A stretch of 63,994 bases of DNA, counting the filler, from Asterionella formosa (Eukaryota), in assembly GCA_002256025.1 (NCBI GenBank). It is 4 parts of 4 records of this genome, joined end to end, with 100 filler letters (N's around TTAATTAATTAA, not from the genome) between each part and the next. Parts side by side here need not be neighbours in the genome. Positions count along the whole stretch, not along the records: positions 16,089 to 32,074 come from NKIB01005169.1; positions 32,175 to 48,144 come from NKIB01005172.1; 2 more parts are not named here. One strand, given 5' to 3'. The position numbers were made by a program, and so were the translations under genes. The notes under the pieces were generated by a model. The model saw nothing but the letters and a program-made list of their open reading frames with translations. It searched no databases and was not told the origin of the DNA. How positions within the stretch are numbered: the stretch's first letter is position 1; every line of letters begins with the position of its first letter. This document shows positions 25,030 through 36,672 of the stretch, piece after piece.

Positions 25030-27747
25030 TTAGGACTGCGATGACTCTTTCGCAAACAGGTCAGCAGCGAATTCACATCCTACCGGAATAACACCCTTGG
25101 ATCTCAAATTCGACACCAAATCAGCCATTGCAATGGTTTCTTCAGTTCTCGCCATAAGGTCTTTCACCTTGCACTTTTGTTCCTTCACCTCCTCTTCGCC
25201 CACGATAACCATAAACGGAATCTCGCGTTCCAGAGCATCAGTCAACTCATACTTGAGCTTAGGGTTGTCCTGCTGGCTGAATTCGGCACTGATTTTTGCA
25301 TCCCATAAGATACGTGTCACCTTCATACGTTCCTTCATCATTCCATCTCCCACGGATGCAACCAGAACCTTGACGTTTGGTTGCTTAATGGATCCTTGCT
25401 CTTCACGCAGACGTTCCTCCATGAGGGTAAACACACGCTCAATACCAACACTTACTCCAACGCAGGGCGTTATTTTGCCAGCCTCTTGAAACATGGATAC
25501 AAGATTATCGTACCTTCCTCCACCACCAATACTTCCCACTTGGGTGTTACCGTTCATGCAAACGGCCTCATAAATAACACCCGTATAGTAGTCAAGGCCC
25601 CGAGCCAAACTCAAGTCAAAAGAAAAGAATTTGAGCTTGTCCATAGCCTCCAGGTATTCAAATAGAATACGAAGGTCTTCCATTGCAGCAATTGCTCCAC
25701 CGTGCTTTCCAAACTTGTTGCTATTCATCAATTCGTTGAACAAATCCCACGGAGGTCCCTTTTTCAAAACGAAAGTTCCAATCTTGTCTGCCACCTCTGG
25801 CTTGAGCCCCTTGTCTTCTACCATTTCACGCTTGACCTCTTCCCACGGTTCCTTGTCAAGCTTGTCGACAGCCGAGCAGATAGTGCGGAACTTGTCAGCA
25901 GGGACTCCACTCAAATCCAAAATAGCGTCTAACAAGCGTCTGTGGTTGAGCTTGATGCCAAAGTCTCCGATTGGAAGAGCATCCAAGATATCGCATGCGA
26001 CACAAAGGCATTCCGAGTCAGGAACCATGCGTCCATACGTTCCCGCTATATCGAAATCACATTGGTAAAATTCACGGTATCGTCCGCGTGAGAGGGCTGG
26101 TTGATCCCGACGATAGACCTTACCAATGTGGAAACGTTTAATGTTTCCAACCGCATTTAAGGCCAAGAATCGAGCGAACGGGACAGTCAAGTCATATCGC
26201 AAAGCCAACATTTCTCCACCTTGATCCGCCAAATCGTAAATAAGTTTAGAATCTTCGCCGTATTTACCAGTTAATGTGTCCTTAAGCTCAAATACAGGAG
26301 TATCAATTTCAACTGCACCATGAGACTGAAATACACGCCTAATAATGTCGAATGCCTGTTGACGAATCATCATTTGTTCTGGCAAATAGTCCCTTGTTCC
26401 CTTGGCAATCTTCGGCTTTCTTTGAACACCGCCGCTGAGGAGCTTATCAAGGATCGTTTCTATCTGCACAATTGTCCTTTCTGTCAATTCGAAATTGTTC
26501 TCCTTCAAGACTTGAATGATTGGTTGCGTTCCATCACCAAAAAGGGTGACTCCCTTGGTCTCCTTGGCAGCTTTCTTGGCAGCCACCTTTGCATCCTTTT
26601 CTGCGCGCTTCTTCAAAATCTTTCCTTTCTGTGCTTCTGTCATGCCCGAAAACTCGTCTTCTGCTCCCTCTGCGTACTTCGACTCGCTTGCAGCGGCCTT
26701 GGCAGCCCTCTGGGCGTCTTTCTCTTTAGCGTCTTTCTCTGCGCCTTCTGTTTCGCACTGAACAAAGGTAGCACCCATCTTGGCCTCCATTTGTAGCGAA
26801 TTTCCAAGCGAAGCAACAATTGCTTCCAAGTCGAAAACCAAGGTAGATAAATCCGCAGGAGCAGCTTTTTCAATTTCAGTATTTCCCATGCGACTTTCTG
26901 ATCCTTTGACTAATGTTGCAACGGCGTCAAAGGACTGACGTAACGCCAAAACAGCCACTGTGTTGTCCAAGATTTCACCAGGGTATCCTTCAAAGCAGTT
27001 GTTTTCCAACTCAAGAGTCTTGCAGGCTGACTTGAGAGCATCCAGTGATGGCCCTTGGTATTGAGGGAGATAGGAAACTGCCAATGGTACTTCACCTTCA
27101 TTAGATTGAGGAGTTACAAACTTGGACCCGTTGAGAATGGCGCGGATCGAAGCCGCAGCTGTGACTAAACCTCTGTGGGGACGGTTAATATCGAAGTGAG
27201 AATCTGCAAACGATGCTGAATTCGCTTTTGTACGTTCTGCTGAAAGGGCGCCGATTGCCGTAGACACTCGACTCAACGATGCCGCTCGTGCGGTGGCAAG
27301 TGATCCAACGGCCAGCAAAATAGTTCGAGTAATAAGATCAACTCCTATTTCCCCGACAGCAGCCTCGACTTCCGCAGACAATAGGCCTGCTACTGTGGAC
27401 TGAAACTTCGCTGCGTGACTTGACAGTCGAAACACACATCCAGACTTTTTTGCGGCGTTCACCAAATCAATCAGACCCGCCGTAACTTTGAGCGAATGTT
27501 TCTTTAGAACCCTTCCTTGAGCCACATTGATCGACAGAAGGGTGAGAGCAGCGATAGTCATGGACGAAGTCAACAACTCATCTTCTTCAAGACTCAAAGC
27601 AGATACCGCAGCTGTGAGATCTTCGTCGACTGGCGGCTGCTGAACGTCGGGCGCGTGCAGTTCAAGGACTCCATCGTACAAAGCCACAGCCTGAAGCTCG
27701 TCGAGCGTCACTCGACGCCCTTTTCCAATCAAGACAGGTTGCACCAT
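25030..27747 (-). CDS. HARS: Histidyl-tRNA synthetase with N-terminal HAL/PAL-like domain (905 aa)
   Basis: KGTRDY, LRYDLTVPFAR, YRRDQP..RGRYREFYQCDFD, LARGLDYYTG and GGGRYD motifs plus an anticodon-binding domain. The N-terminus has lyase-like segments RPHRG...IRAILNGS and LPQYQGP. Confidence 0.95.
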   Translation of the reverse strand: MVQPVLIGKGRRVTLDELQAVALYDGVLELHAPDVQQPPVDEDLTAAVSALSLEEDELLTSSMTIAALTLLSINVAQGRVLKKHSLKVTAGLIDLVNAAKKSGCVFRLSSHAAKFQSTVAGLLSAEVEAAVGEIGVDLITRTILLAVGSLATARAASLSRVSTAIGALSAERTKANSASFADSHFDINRPHRGLVTAAASIRAILNGSKFVTPQSNEGEVPLAVSYLPQYQGPSLDALKSACKTLELENNCFEGYPGEILDNTVAVLALRQSFDAVATLVKGSESRMGNTEIEKAAPADLSTLVFDLEAIVASLGNSLQMEAKMGATFVQCETEGAEKDAKEKDAQRAAKAAASESKYAEGAEDEFSGMTEAQKGKILKKRAEKDAKVAAKKAAKETKGVTLFGDGTQPIIQVLKENNFELTERTIVQIETILDKLLSGGVQRKPKIAKGTRDYLPEQMMIRQQAFDIIRRVFQSHGAVEIDTPVFELKDTLTGKYGEDSKLIYDLADQGGEMLALRYDLTVPFARFLALNAVGNIKRFHIGKVYRRDQPALSRGRYREFYQCDFDIAGTYGRMVPDSECLCVACDILDALPIGDFGIKLNHRRLLDAILDLSGVPADKFRTICSAVDKLDKEPWEEVKREMVEDKGLKPEVADKIGTFVLKKGPPWDLFNELMNSNKFGKHGGAIAAMEDLRILFEYLEAMDKLKFFSFDLSLARGLDYYTGVIYEAVCMNGNTQVGSIGGGGRYDNLVSMFQEAGKITPCVGVSVGIERVFTLMEERLREEQGSIKQPNVKVLVASVGDGMMKERMKVTRILWDAKISAEFSQQDNPKLKYELTDALEREIPFMVIVGEEEVKEQKCKVKDLMARTEETIAMADLVSNLRSKGVIPVGCEFAADLFAKESSQS

Positions 27748-28271
27748 GGGGCTCCTCGTTGTAGTATTAATAGTATCGACCCTCCCCTTCGCCTTCTCGA
27801 TCCACGGAAGTGTTTCTTATTGCTTGCTTTCCGGGAGTACCGGTATGTACAAAATGTATCAGAAAATAATGACAAAAAAGTCCTGGTATACATCGCAGTC
27901 CACGGTGGTGACGAGTACCGGTAATGCATGATTCACTTATTTTTGATTCCTCGCTCATGATTCCTCGTGTCCACAAAAGGCTGATGAGTCGCAGCACAGA
28001 CGGATCATCGTCATATGGAGGCAGGCAGATCAGTTGTAGGAGTACCTGGTAGGTACCCTGGTAACAGTACAGTACGTAGCAACCAGCAGGTGTATGAATG
28101 GCTGATGATGCAGTGGAAAATATAGAGAGCAAACCCAACTACCGGGTAGATCTCTGTTGTGGTCTGCTGAGTCTTTTGTAGACATATCCATCAAGAAGTG
28201 CAGAGTGATAAGGAGATAGCATATTGCTTGAACAGAAAAAGTAGTAAAACTTGAAATTAAATGCAATGGCT

Positions 28272-28337
28272 GGGGGATTGCTTAGTTGGTTAGCATGCCT
28301 TCTGAGGCAGCTTGTGGTTCGATTCCTGCATTCTCCA
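28272..28337 (+). pseudogene. tRNA-Ala(AGC)-derived degenerate element
   Basis: GGGGGATTGCTTAGTTGGTTAGCATGC...GGTTCGATTCCTGCATTCTCCA has Ala-type ends and A/B boxes; the anticodon arm is abnormal; followed by a T run. Confidence 0.6.
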
Positions 28338-29123
28338 CCCGTCTTATTTTTCATGCATTAATTAAGGTTCTGGGTGTGTGGTTTAATAAAACTGCTGGTA
28401 CTGATCCCCACATTCCAGCATTCGAAGTTATTATGTCTGTTGGGATGATACTGGGTTGGTAATTATTAATTGAATGAACACCAGGGCTGGCAACGCCAAG
28501 AAGCGCTACATGGTCTACCCTTTTAGCAAATTATTAGTCTTCAAGCGCTTAATATAAGTGAAGTCAAAAAATTTGAAATGCAATGACTTTTACATATTAT
28601 TGGCTTTTATGTATAGTTATGATGCTGAAAAAATAATGCGCACAATATTGAGCACATTGGATGCATCTATTTTGCTACGTTAACTAGACATCAAATGTAG
28701 GATGGCCATTTTCCATTTCAAACTGTACAATCACAAAGACGGTCTCAAACACCACTTTGTGATTGTCAATCCCATAACTGTCCATCAAGAATTCTAAACT
28801 TCTTGATATGGCCATTGAATATTTCAGGGCAAGCACGAACTTTTTTAAGTGCTATTTCTTCTGTGGTGTCTATTGCTTTTCAGGCACTAATTGGAAGGCT
28901 CACCTCTGTATCCTTCATCTCCAAAAACCCTTTTCCCTGCTGGAATTTTGCTCTTGTTGCCTCCTCCTTCTTGGAAAGTTATGATGTTATGTGTTTAAAA
29001 AATTCTGAAATCCTTATTGTCTTATGCGTGTACCGGTACTAGTACATTTAGTACCTGGTGTATGTAAAATCGATTTTGATGGGCCGCTGTGTTTTCTTGT
29101 ACCTGGTACCTCCAGGGTACCAG

Positions 29124-29204
29124 GCAAGTTGCGGTTATTTTGTTGAACTAAAGATTTAGATACCTTTATCCCTTGTCTATTTAAGCAAAACGACTGAAAC
29201 TTGC
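29124..29204. mobile_element. MITE copy (GCAAGTTGCGG family)
   Basis: GCAAGTTGCGGTTATTTTG...CAAAACGACTGAAACTTGC. Confidence 0.7.
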
Positions 29205-30210
29205 AGGTGCCAGGTTACCGCTGCCTGTTAAATTCTTCTGCAGTCTGACTGCAATGCTAGCTCTTTCTAGACAATTTTGTGAATATCCAATGCTATCAGC
29301 CTGCATTGCATGTATACCTTTCCTTCAGTGAATAATGATTACTTAGAACATTCTCCATTCAAATATTTACCTTGCTTTGCTGATAAAGTTCTTGGCAATC
29401 AACTGCTGTTCAAATTCTCACAGCATTTCAATACGGGATTTTTGCTGGAATTTTATGATTAGCTCGACTGAACTAATATGCATGCTGTACTAATTCTTGA
29501 CATGCTGCCTGCTACCGTACTCCCTCTGGGCGAGAACGAATTGCGTAAATTTGCAGTGACTCGCTCAAGTGCTAAGCAGCTTGTTATTTTTAGGATGGAT
29601 GATGTAGAAAACATACCAATTTTTCTACGTGAGGGTCGGCTTACTCAGAAAAATGCGTTTTTAATGGTTATTTAGATGTAAGTATATACTCGTGATTCAG
29701 TAATTAAATTATTGGCTTTTAAATAAATTATTCGAAACCAAACTTAACATATATATATTCATAGCGCACATGTACATCGCCAAATATTGTTTTATATCGG
29801 CCAACCACTCAAATATTTGCGGGAAACAGAATACAACATGTCACTATGATAATTATAAGATGAATGATAGAGTACATTTCGTCTCATATATATAGTCTAC
29901 GGATGTTGCACTTACATCAACCACACAACCGGACAAGTTCCAATCATCAAAACGAGCATACTATGCTAGCTAGTACCGTCGATTCCTTCCTTCCCATCAT
30001 CGGCGCCACTTTCGAACTTGCGCATTCCACCATGATAAAGGAGCAGAAGGCCATTTACTGTTGTTCTACTATTATATCCTACTTTGTATGTGTGTAGGGA
30101 GGTTCGAAGATAAATGGGTTCTCATGCATCTGCATTTTACTCGAGAAGGCCATAAATGAAAATCGAAAAAGTCCAAAAACGTTTTTTTGAAATGTAATTG
30201 CCGAATTTAA

Positions 30211-31098
30211 GGTCCCTGCATGTCAATTCTAAGGCAAAAATTAAAATATTGCTTACGGTTGCTGAAAACTTTAATGAGCTATCTTTGAATGACATGATTC
30301 CATTTCAAATATTCAAATCAGTGGAAATTTGCGCATACGTGCATAGATTCCTTTTCGCATTTGCTATATATATAGATATAGATTGTATATCTCTAAATTT
30401 ACACAGGTATGCATTCTATATACCAATCAACAGTTTATGTGTCATATGACCGGCGGCTTGGCTGTGCACTTTAGGAATGGTATGTTTATGTCCAATAAGA
30501 ATTATCTACCAAGTACCATAGTGGACGTGGTACTGGGCCGGCGTACCGGCGATCACCCAGGAAATTTTTACATGTTTATCCAGTGTGGCCGGTGTGGATT
30601 TGCAAGACTTTGCAAACCGGGCCAATCAAATATCGGTAAGTAATAGAACTTGACCAATCAAAATAAGCGAGCACTTACATTGGAATATTTTGTACAGGAG
30701 ATTGTAGGAAGAAAAATTGAATCTCAAGAATCATATTCCGATGATGACGTGTCGGCAATTAGTTATTCTGATTTCGACATTTGGGAGACCGTTGAAAAGG
30801 CCGATATTGTCGAATTTTTGAATGACGGGAGCTCAACGTTGGCAGGGTTTGAAGAATAGTTTAGTACATGGGTAATCTTCATATAGCCCCAGAAGTTAAC
30901 TTTCGGCGAAAAACTGCCCTGAAATTTCTAGTCTTTATAGCATAGCTAGAAAAAAGAAGTTCCTTTCTGCAGTTTCTCGCCAGATCCTAGATACTGACAT
31001 TATATAGAGTTGGACCTATGCCCCTACTTTGATCAATGACTGTATCTAAGCATATGGAAAGGGTGTGAATTGGTGAAAGCTCCGTTTAGTGATATACA
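30211..31098 (+). mobile_element. Non-autonomous Kolobok-family element, interrupted at a TTAA by a sister copy
   Basis: Starts TTAA|GGTCCCTGCAT; homologous to the left and right arms of 55832-59905. Confidence 0.75.
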
Positions 31099-31102
31099 TT
31101 AA

Positions 31103-32074
31103 GGTTCCTGCATTTGAACCCCTAGGCAAAAATTAAAATATTGCTTAGGGTTGCCGAAATTCCCTGGAACTAAGAACTTTTATGTGCTAATTTGAATATC
31201 AATGATTCCGTTTGAAAAATTCAAATGAGTGAAAATTTGCGCGTACGTATATAGATTCCATTTCAAATGCATAAAATATGTAAAGATAGATTCTCCATCG
31301 CTGAATGTTTTATATTGCTACTCTACCGATAGTATACCTACTCGTATCATAAATATGTTTCACATGCACGACCCGGCGGCTGTAAAATATATTTGAATGT
31401 GCAAACTATCGGTACTAAGGTACTGGTTAGCGTGCACTACCATTTACTATGACGAATGATGATCAGTTACCTGGAACCGGTAGGTCTACCCGGTTCTCGG
31501 TATTCCTACTCCGTACGGATTCCGGTATACGGGTAAACCTACCCGGTACTCGATATTCCCACTCCGTACGGATACCGGTATACGGGTAGGATCGGCCAAC
31601 ACCCAAGAAAATGCTTCATGTGTATCCAGTGTGGCCGGCGTGGGATGGCACGACCTCGCAAACCGTGCCAATCGAACGGATGTAAGGATAACCAATCAGA
31701 ATATGATTTTTACAGCGGGCAATTACATTGGAACTTTTTGTACACGAGATTTTACGACTACAAATTTTAGCACAAGACTACCATTCCGATGATGACGTTT
31801 CGGCGATTAGTGATTCTGATTCCGACGTTTGGGTGACCGTTGAAAAGGCCGATATTGTCGAATTTTTGGACGACGATAGCTCAACGTTGGCAGGGTTTGA
31901 AGAAGAGTTAAGTACATAGGTAATCTTCATATAGCCCCAGAAGTTAACTTTCGGCGAGAAACTGCAGAAAGGAACTTCGGTTTTTTTACTAGGCCAAATA
32001 AACGAGTTAGCCCGGTAAAATCCACTATTTTCAGCATAGTTAAAAAACCGAAGTTCCTTTCTGCAGTTTCTCGC
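31103..32074 (+). mobile_element. Non-autonomous Kolobok-family element (truncated by contig end)
   Basis: Starts TTAA|GGTTCCTGCATTTGAACCCCTAGG; shares the subterminal sequence and internal inverted repeat. Confidence 0.8.
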
Positions 32075-32174
32075 NNNNNNNNNNNNNNNNNNNNNNNNNN
32101 NNNNNNNNNNNNNNNNNNTTAATTAATTAANNNNNNNNNNNNNNNNNNNNNNNNNNNNNNNNNNNNNNNNNNNN
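32075..32174. other. Artificial contig linker
   Basis: N44-TTAATTAATTAA-N44. Confidence 0.97.
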
Positions 32175-33008
32175 TTTCAAGTGTATGGGTGAAAGGGCGC
32201 TTATTTTATGATGCTCAAGTTACTTAGGCACTATCAAGTGACAGGGATAAGGATATGACAGGAATCATACAACAAATAAATCGAAGGCGATATTTTTGTA
32301 TCAAGCTGCGTATATCATATAACAGTGAGTCCTCAAAACATGGGGTAATCCGTGTTCTGGCAATATTTTCGTCGATCGCACTTTTCAACCAATATTTTAG
32401 GAGAAACCAATTGCTATAAACTTATATCTAATGGCATAGCCTTAGAGCGTACATGCTCAGGATTGCGGTCGAAGTTTTAAAATTAACAAATCTGCATTTG
32501 GTAGGGTCAAACCGTGTTTTTCTCCTGTTCAGTGGGTCACAGCGGTTCCAAATTTTTTTTAGTGGGTCACAGCAGTTTTTTACTGGTACCTGGTACCTAT
32601 ACTTGTTATGCTGCCTAGTAAACTACTGTACCCCGAACTATTAATACCGGTAGTGCACTAAAAGCTTCCACTACGGCAAAATTAATAGGCAATACGGGCA
32701 CAACAAACAGTGTGCACCCACTCAACGCTTTCGTTGGTTTATGCATGCTTGCTCGCAATCGTGACGGGATTGATTGTTGTGGTGACAAAAACCCTAGCAA
32801 AGGGAGTCTGTAGATTCTTCTTTCGAACGAGGGTATTGTGGCCCGCACATCCGGATCAGTCGTATAGTTGCTCTGCATCATTCCCTTCATATCAGGTGTA
32901 TTTCAAGTCGAAACAAGTACATTGATTTTCCCATCTCTGCCGTAATTGGTCAAGCGCAAGAATCAATCGAATTCGAATCATAAAGAACCACGCTAGAGTT
33001 TACATTGA

Positions 33009-33845
33009 TTGTCAGTAATGCTAAACTGGTTTATAAGCACCGAAGATTATAAGGCTTTGGGTCAGGACGAGAATCTCAAGGCACCAGCCCGAAATGATGG
33101 ATGGAAAGATTATCCCGGGGTCGCCTTTCGATCTCCCTCGACTGACACGCTGCCTGACGACTCGGCTTTGATCAAAACTGGCGGAAATGCCCTTCAAGCA
33201 GTACCACTGAATGCCTTGAGGACGAATCAAGTAGTTGTTGCCGTTACGGTATTGGAAGGTCAAAAACCTGGCCAGGCCATTCTTGTGGCTGCCCCAGATG
33301 GTCGAATGGTTTCAGCTGTCATTCCGGAGAGATATCAGGCTGGTCACACTTTTCTAGTTTACTTTGCTCCGATCTTGACCTCAGCTGAAAATCATGTGCT
33401 TGTAACTGGTGTTCCTGTGGACGATGTGAACCAGAAGCCTGGAGACTATGTGCCGCCATCACAACCAGAAATCTCAAATTTGGTCGCTACTGCTCCAATG
33501 GTTTCGCGCCCAATGCAGCATCAGGATGACTTGCATTCCAGTATTAGTCAGAATCAGCCTACTGAAGTTAACTCTTTTTCAAAGCAGCATTTAACAAGCA
33601 AGAAGCAAATTTCCAATCACTTGGATGCTAAAGGCCTTGTACTGGTTCACATTCCTCCAGGTGCAAATCCAGGTGATAAGGTTAGAGTTATACTCCCAGA
33701 TCAGAGCGAATTCGATGCCATGATTCCTCAAGGCTTGAATGGAGTGACTCATTTTTATGTCAAGCCATCTCCTAAAAAGCAAAATTGGCATGACAACCCA
33801 CTGGCCTATGGGGCTCCAATGGCTGTTGGTTTATTGCTTGCCTAA
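33009..33845 (+). CDS. Hypothetical protein; true start probably in an upstream exon (possible acceptor TTATAAG ~33038)
   Basis: 278-codon open frame with two copies of a V.(I/L)P.G..PG..(I/V).V..PD module and a hydrophobic C-terminal tail. Confidence 0.7.
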   Translation: MSVMLNWFISTEDYKALGQDENLKAPARNDGWKDYPGVAFRSPSTDTLPDDSALIKTGGNALQAVPLNALRTNQVVVAVTVLEGQKPGQAILVAAPDGRMVSAVIPERYQAGHTFLVYFAPILTSAENHVLVTGVPVDDVNQKPGDYVPPSQPEISNLVATAPMVSRPMQHQDDLHSSISQNQPTEVNSFSKQHLTSKKQISNHLDAKGLVLVHIPPGANPGDKVRVILPDQSEFDAMIPQGLNGVTHFYVKPSPKKQNWHDNPLAYGAPMAVGLLLA

Positions 33846-34819
33846 CACAAGAAATCTAGCCTTTCACTCTAGATATTTGCATAATTAATTCCCTGCTGAC
33901 TAGCACCTAGATTTATCACATATGTTGGGCTGCCACTGGGTGAGTTTTCTTGTTATCTTAAAACTCAGGCTTAGTTTGCCAGGAAGTGCCATGACAGTTC
34001 CTCTACCAGCTATAGCATAGCATAAAGCCGCATAATAAATTCAGTAATTGATATTTGCAAAATTGATTTGATCCAGTTTAATGATAATGAGTGTAAAATT
34101 CATTGCATTCTAGTGAAAGGGAATAAGGGCGACCTTAAACAGAGATGCAAATGGAAAAATATGTAGCTCCTTGTCCCAATATCTTGAATCTCACACATCT
34201 GGGTGGTAAATTCCTTCCAGTTACACATTTGTTGCTCTGAAATGTGTATTGGTTTGTATTTTGTTGTTGTTGTTGCTAACGCTAGCATATAATTATTTAG
34301 CTTAGATGTTGCGATTTGTTTCTATATATAAAATGTTACAGTGCAGGAGTAGTTCATGTGAGTGGCCAGGGAATCCTGCATTATGCCGTCTCCGCCTTGA
34401 CCATGATGAAAATGGCGAATTTCTCCACGAAAAATGAGAATGATGCTTTGCTATTGGGTACATATCTAACAACATAGACAATACAATCGTAAAAAAATGG
34501 AATAAACACTAATATTGACAACGGAAATTGACCATGACAAAAATACGAATTATCTCCGCGAAAATTGAGAACGACGCTTTGCTACTTGCTACATATATCA
34601 AACACAACATAGAGACCTCCTCCGCTGCAGAGAAACGAGGGTCACCAAGTTGTATGTTGGGCTGATCCTTGCTGAACCTGCTGCCAAGGGGTGCCACACA
34701 AACTATTCTATTCCACTAGTATAGCTTTAATGATGCCATAAAAAGATGTTACATATATAAGCACAACATAGAAAATACAATCGTAAAAGAAGTAAAGTAA
34801 TCACACTTATAAAGACAAC

Positions 34820-35065
34820 AAAAGTTGAGATCACCAACAGCAACATGAAGCCGCGCTTTTCTTGTGAGGTGACGAACTCTCTCGTTTTTATCCGTAATAG
34901 AAAATTGTGCGCCATCCTGTTGCAATAATAAAATGTACTCAGGTCTAGTATTAGGGAAATCTTTTCATTGTCCTGGATGTGCGTAAGTAAAATCAGTCAA
35001 ATTCAGTCACGGCAATGTACCGGGTAGTTAGATTTTGGGGGGCCAGGACAATGAGGTTTACGATG
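34820..35065. repeat. TE end, copy 2 of 16089-16351
   Basis: Shares CAACATGAAG.CGCG.TTTTCTTG.GAGGTGA.GAACTCTCTC and GTAAAATCAGTCAAATTCAGTCACGGCA. Confidence 0.75.
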
Positions 35066-35261
35066 TACTGCTGATAGGTTCCTAACAGTTGATTCGGCTG
35101 TTAATTTTTTATTTGACCACTCAGACTAGATTTGAAATCCAGCCCACACCCAATTTCATAGGAGCGAGCAAGCAGAACTGCATGATCATAAATTAAATTT
35201 CCGGAGAAGAATACTTTTACAATTTTCTATTGCTCGTTCATCTTTCAAATCAACACTCAAA

Positions 35262-36066
35262 ATGGAACAAGTTCAGGAGAAGTTGCATCTCCTCCGCAGC
35301 AAGTTGGACCAAATACCAGTTCTTCAGCAGGCTGAGGTATGTATATTGCAGACATGGGACGACCCACGCGTCGAAGAATCAAAAGAATTCGTGTATTCTG
35401 ATTTTTGCAGTTCGCATTGGTAGAAAACATACCAGGGTGTACTGAAACCGCAAGGAAGATAGATTTGTTCGATCAGAAAATGACGAAACTTGCTAGTCTG
35501 CTCAGCCGGACTTCTCTCCTGCTTCTCTCCATCTAACTCTTGCAATCTCCCTGCATGATCAGGATGTTACAAAAGTCCCAAAGGAGTATCTTGTGCTTGT
35601 CGGAGGACTTGTTTTTGTTGTTCTGGTCTTTCTTGGAATTGGTGCTGGCTCGTTGTGCAACATTGTCGGATTTCTTTACCCCGCCTTCAAGTCCTTCGAG
35701 GCTATTGAGTCTAAGCAAAAGGGAGATGATACACAGTGGCTCATTTATTGGGTTGTTTATGCCTTTTTCAGCATTATTGAAGTCTTTGTGGATTTCTTGA
35801 TTTACTGGATTCCTTTCTACTATGCGTTCAAGCTCGCGTTCTTGCTTTGGGCAATGCTTCCACAGACAAAGGGTGCTAAGTTCTTGTACGACAACTTCCT
35901 GAAGGATTTCCTCAAGAAGAACGAATCCAAGATTGACGCAGCGTTGAATGACGCCAAGAAGACCACGGGACAGTTCGCCACAGAAGCCGCTGCTGCCACA
36001 AGCGATGCAGTTGGCGCAGCCAAGGCCGCTGTTGTGGGAGAAGTTGAGACCAAGAAGGATTCTTAA
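35262..36066 (+). CDS. Yop1/REEP/HVA22 (TB2/DP1) ER-shaping protein; join(35262..35336,35563..36066), ~192 aa
   Basis: VGFLYPAFKSFEAIES, DDTQWLIYWVVY, WIPFYY and PQTKGA motifs. Exon 1 MEQVQEKL...LQQAE|GTATG splices in frame to the acceptor CAG at 35562. Confidence 0.93.
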
Positions 36067-36672
36067 AACAATCTCAAACTGACATTGAGAATTCGCACTT
36101 TTGGGGGACTCGATCTTGTCGTCGGATGCAGCAGAGACGTTTATATAAATCCATATACCATACATTACCTGTTTCATACATCTTGACCTATTGTTTGTCC
36201 GCCTTTTTTAGCTCCAGATGTTGTCAATATCCCTACCAGTAGAAAGAAAACACGGTGAGTAAATTAAAACGAAATTCATCATGCAAGTTACCATAGCAAA
36301 AGCACAGATGTCATTTTCATTTACGGCCCAATCTATGAGCGTTACTTTGTCGATATCTCTCGAAGCCAATTACTAGGGACATGATCGAATGTTACTTCCC
36401 GTGTTGCTCTTATTGGCTCAGCTTGATGGTCAATGCTTGCAGGTTCCAATATTTTACCATAGAAAAGAAAGAAGTCTAGCACCTCCCAGTCTACCATTTG
36501 ACTTTGCCGGGCGACATCTTCAGAGTCTAATTTTAATTATGGGAAACAGCGATAGTGATGTCAGAAGCAGATTCTGTACAGAATGAGAGAAATAGGTTGA
36601 TATGGCGTGAAGATGCTTTATAAAATGAGTTTAACGCTGATATCGAAATATATTATAGTTGATTAATTAGCT

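Noticed and set aside
30650..30859. Recurring short ORF DDDVSAISDSDFD (also 31728, 59322)
   Set aside because: Subterminal sequence of Kolobok copies with inconsistent starts and stops; no evidence of a gene.
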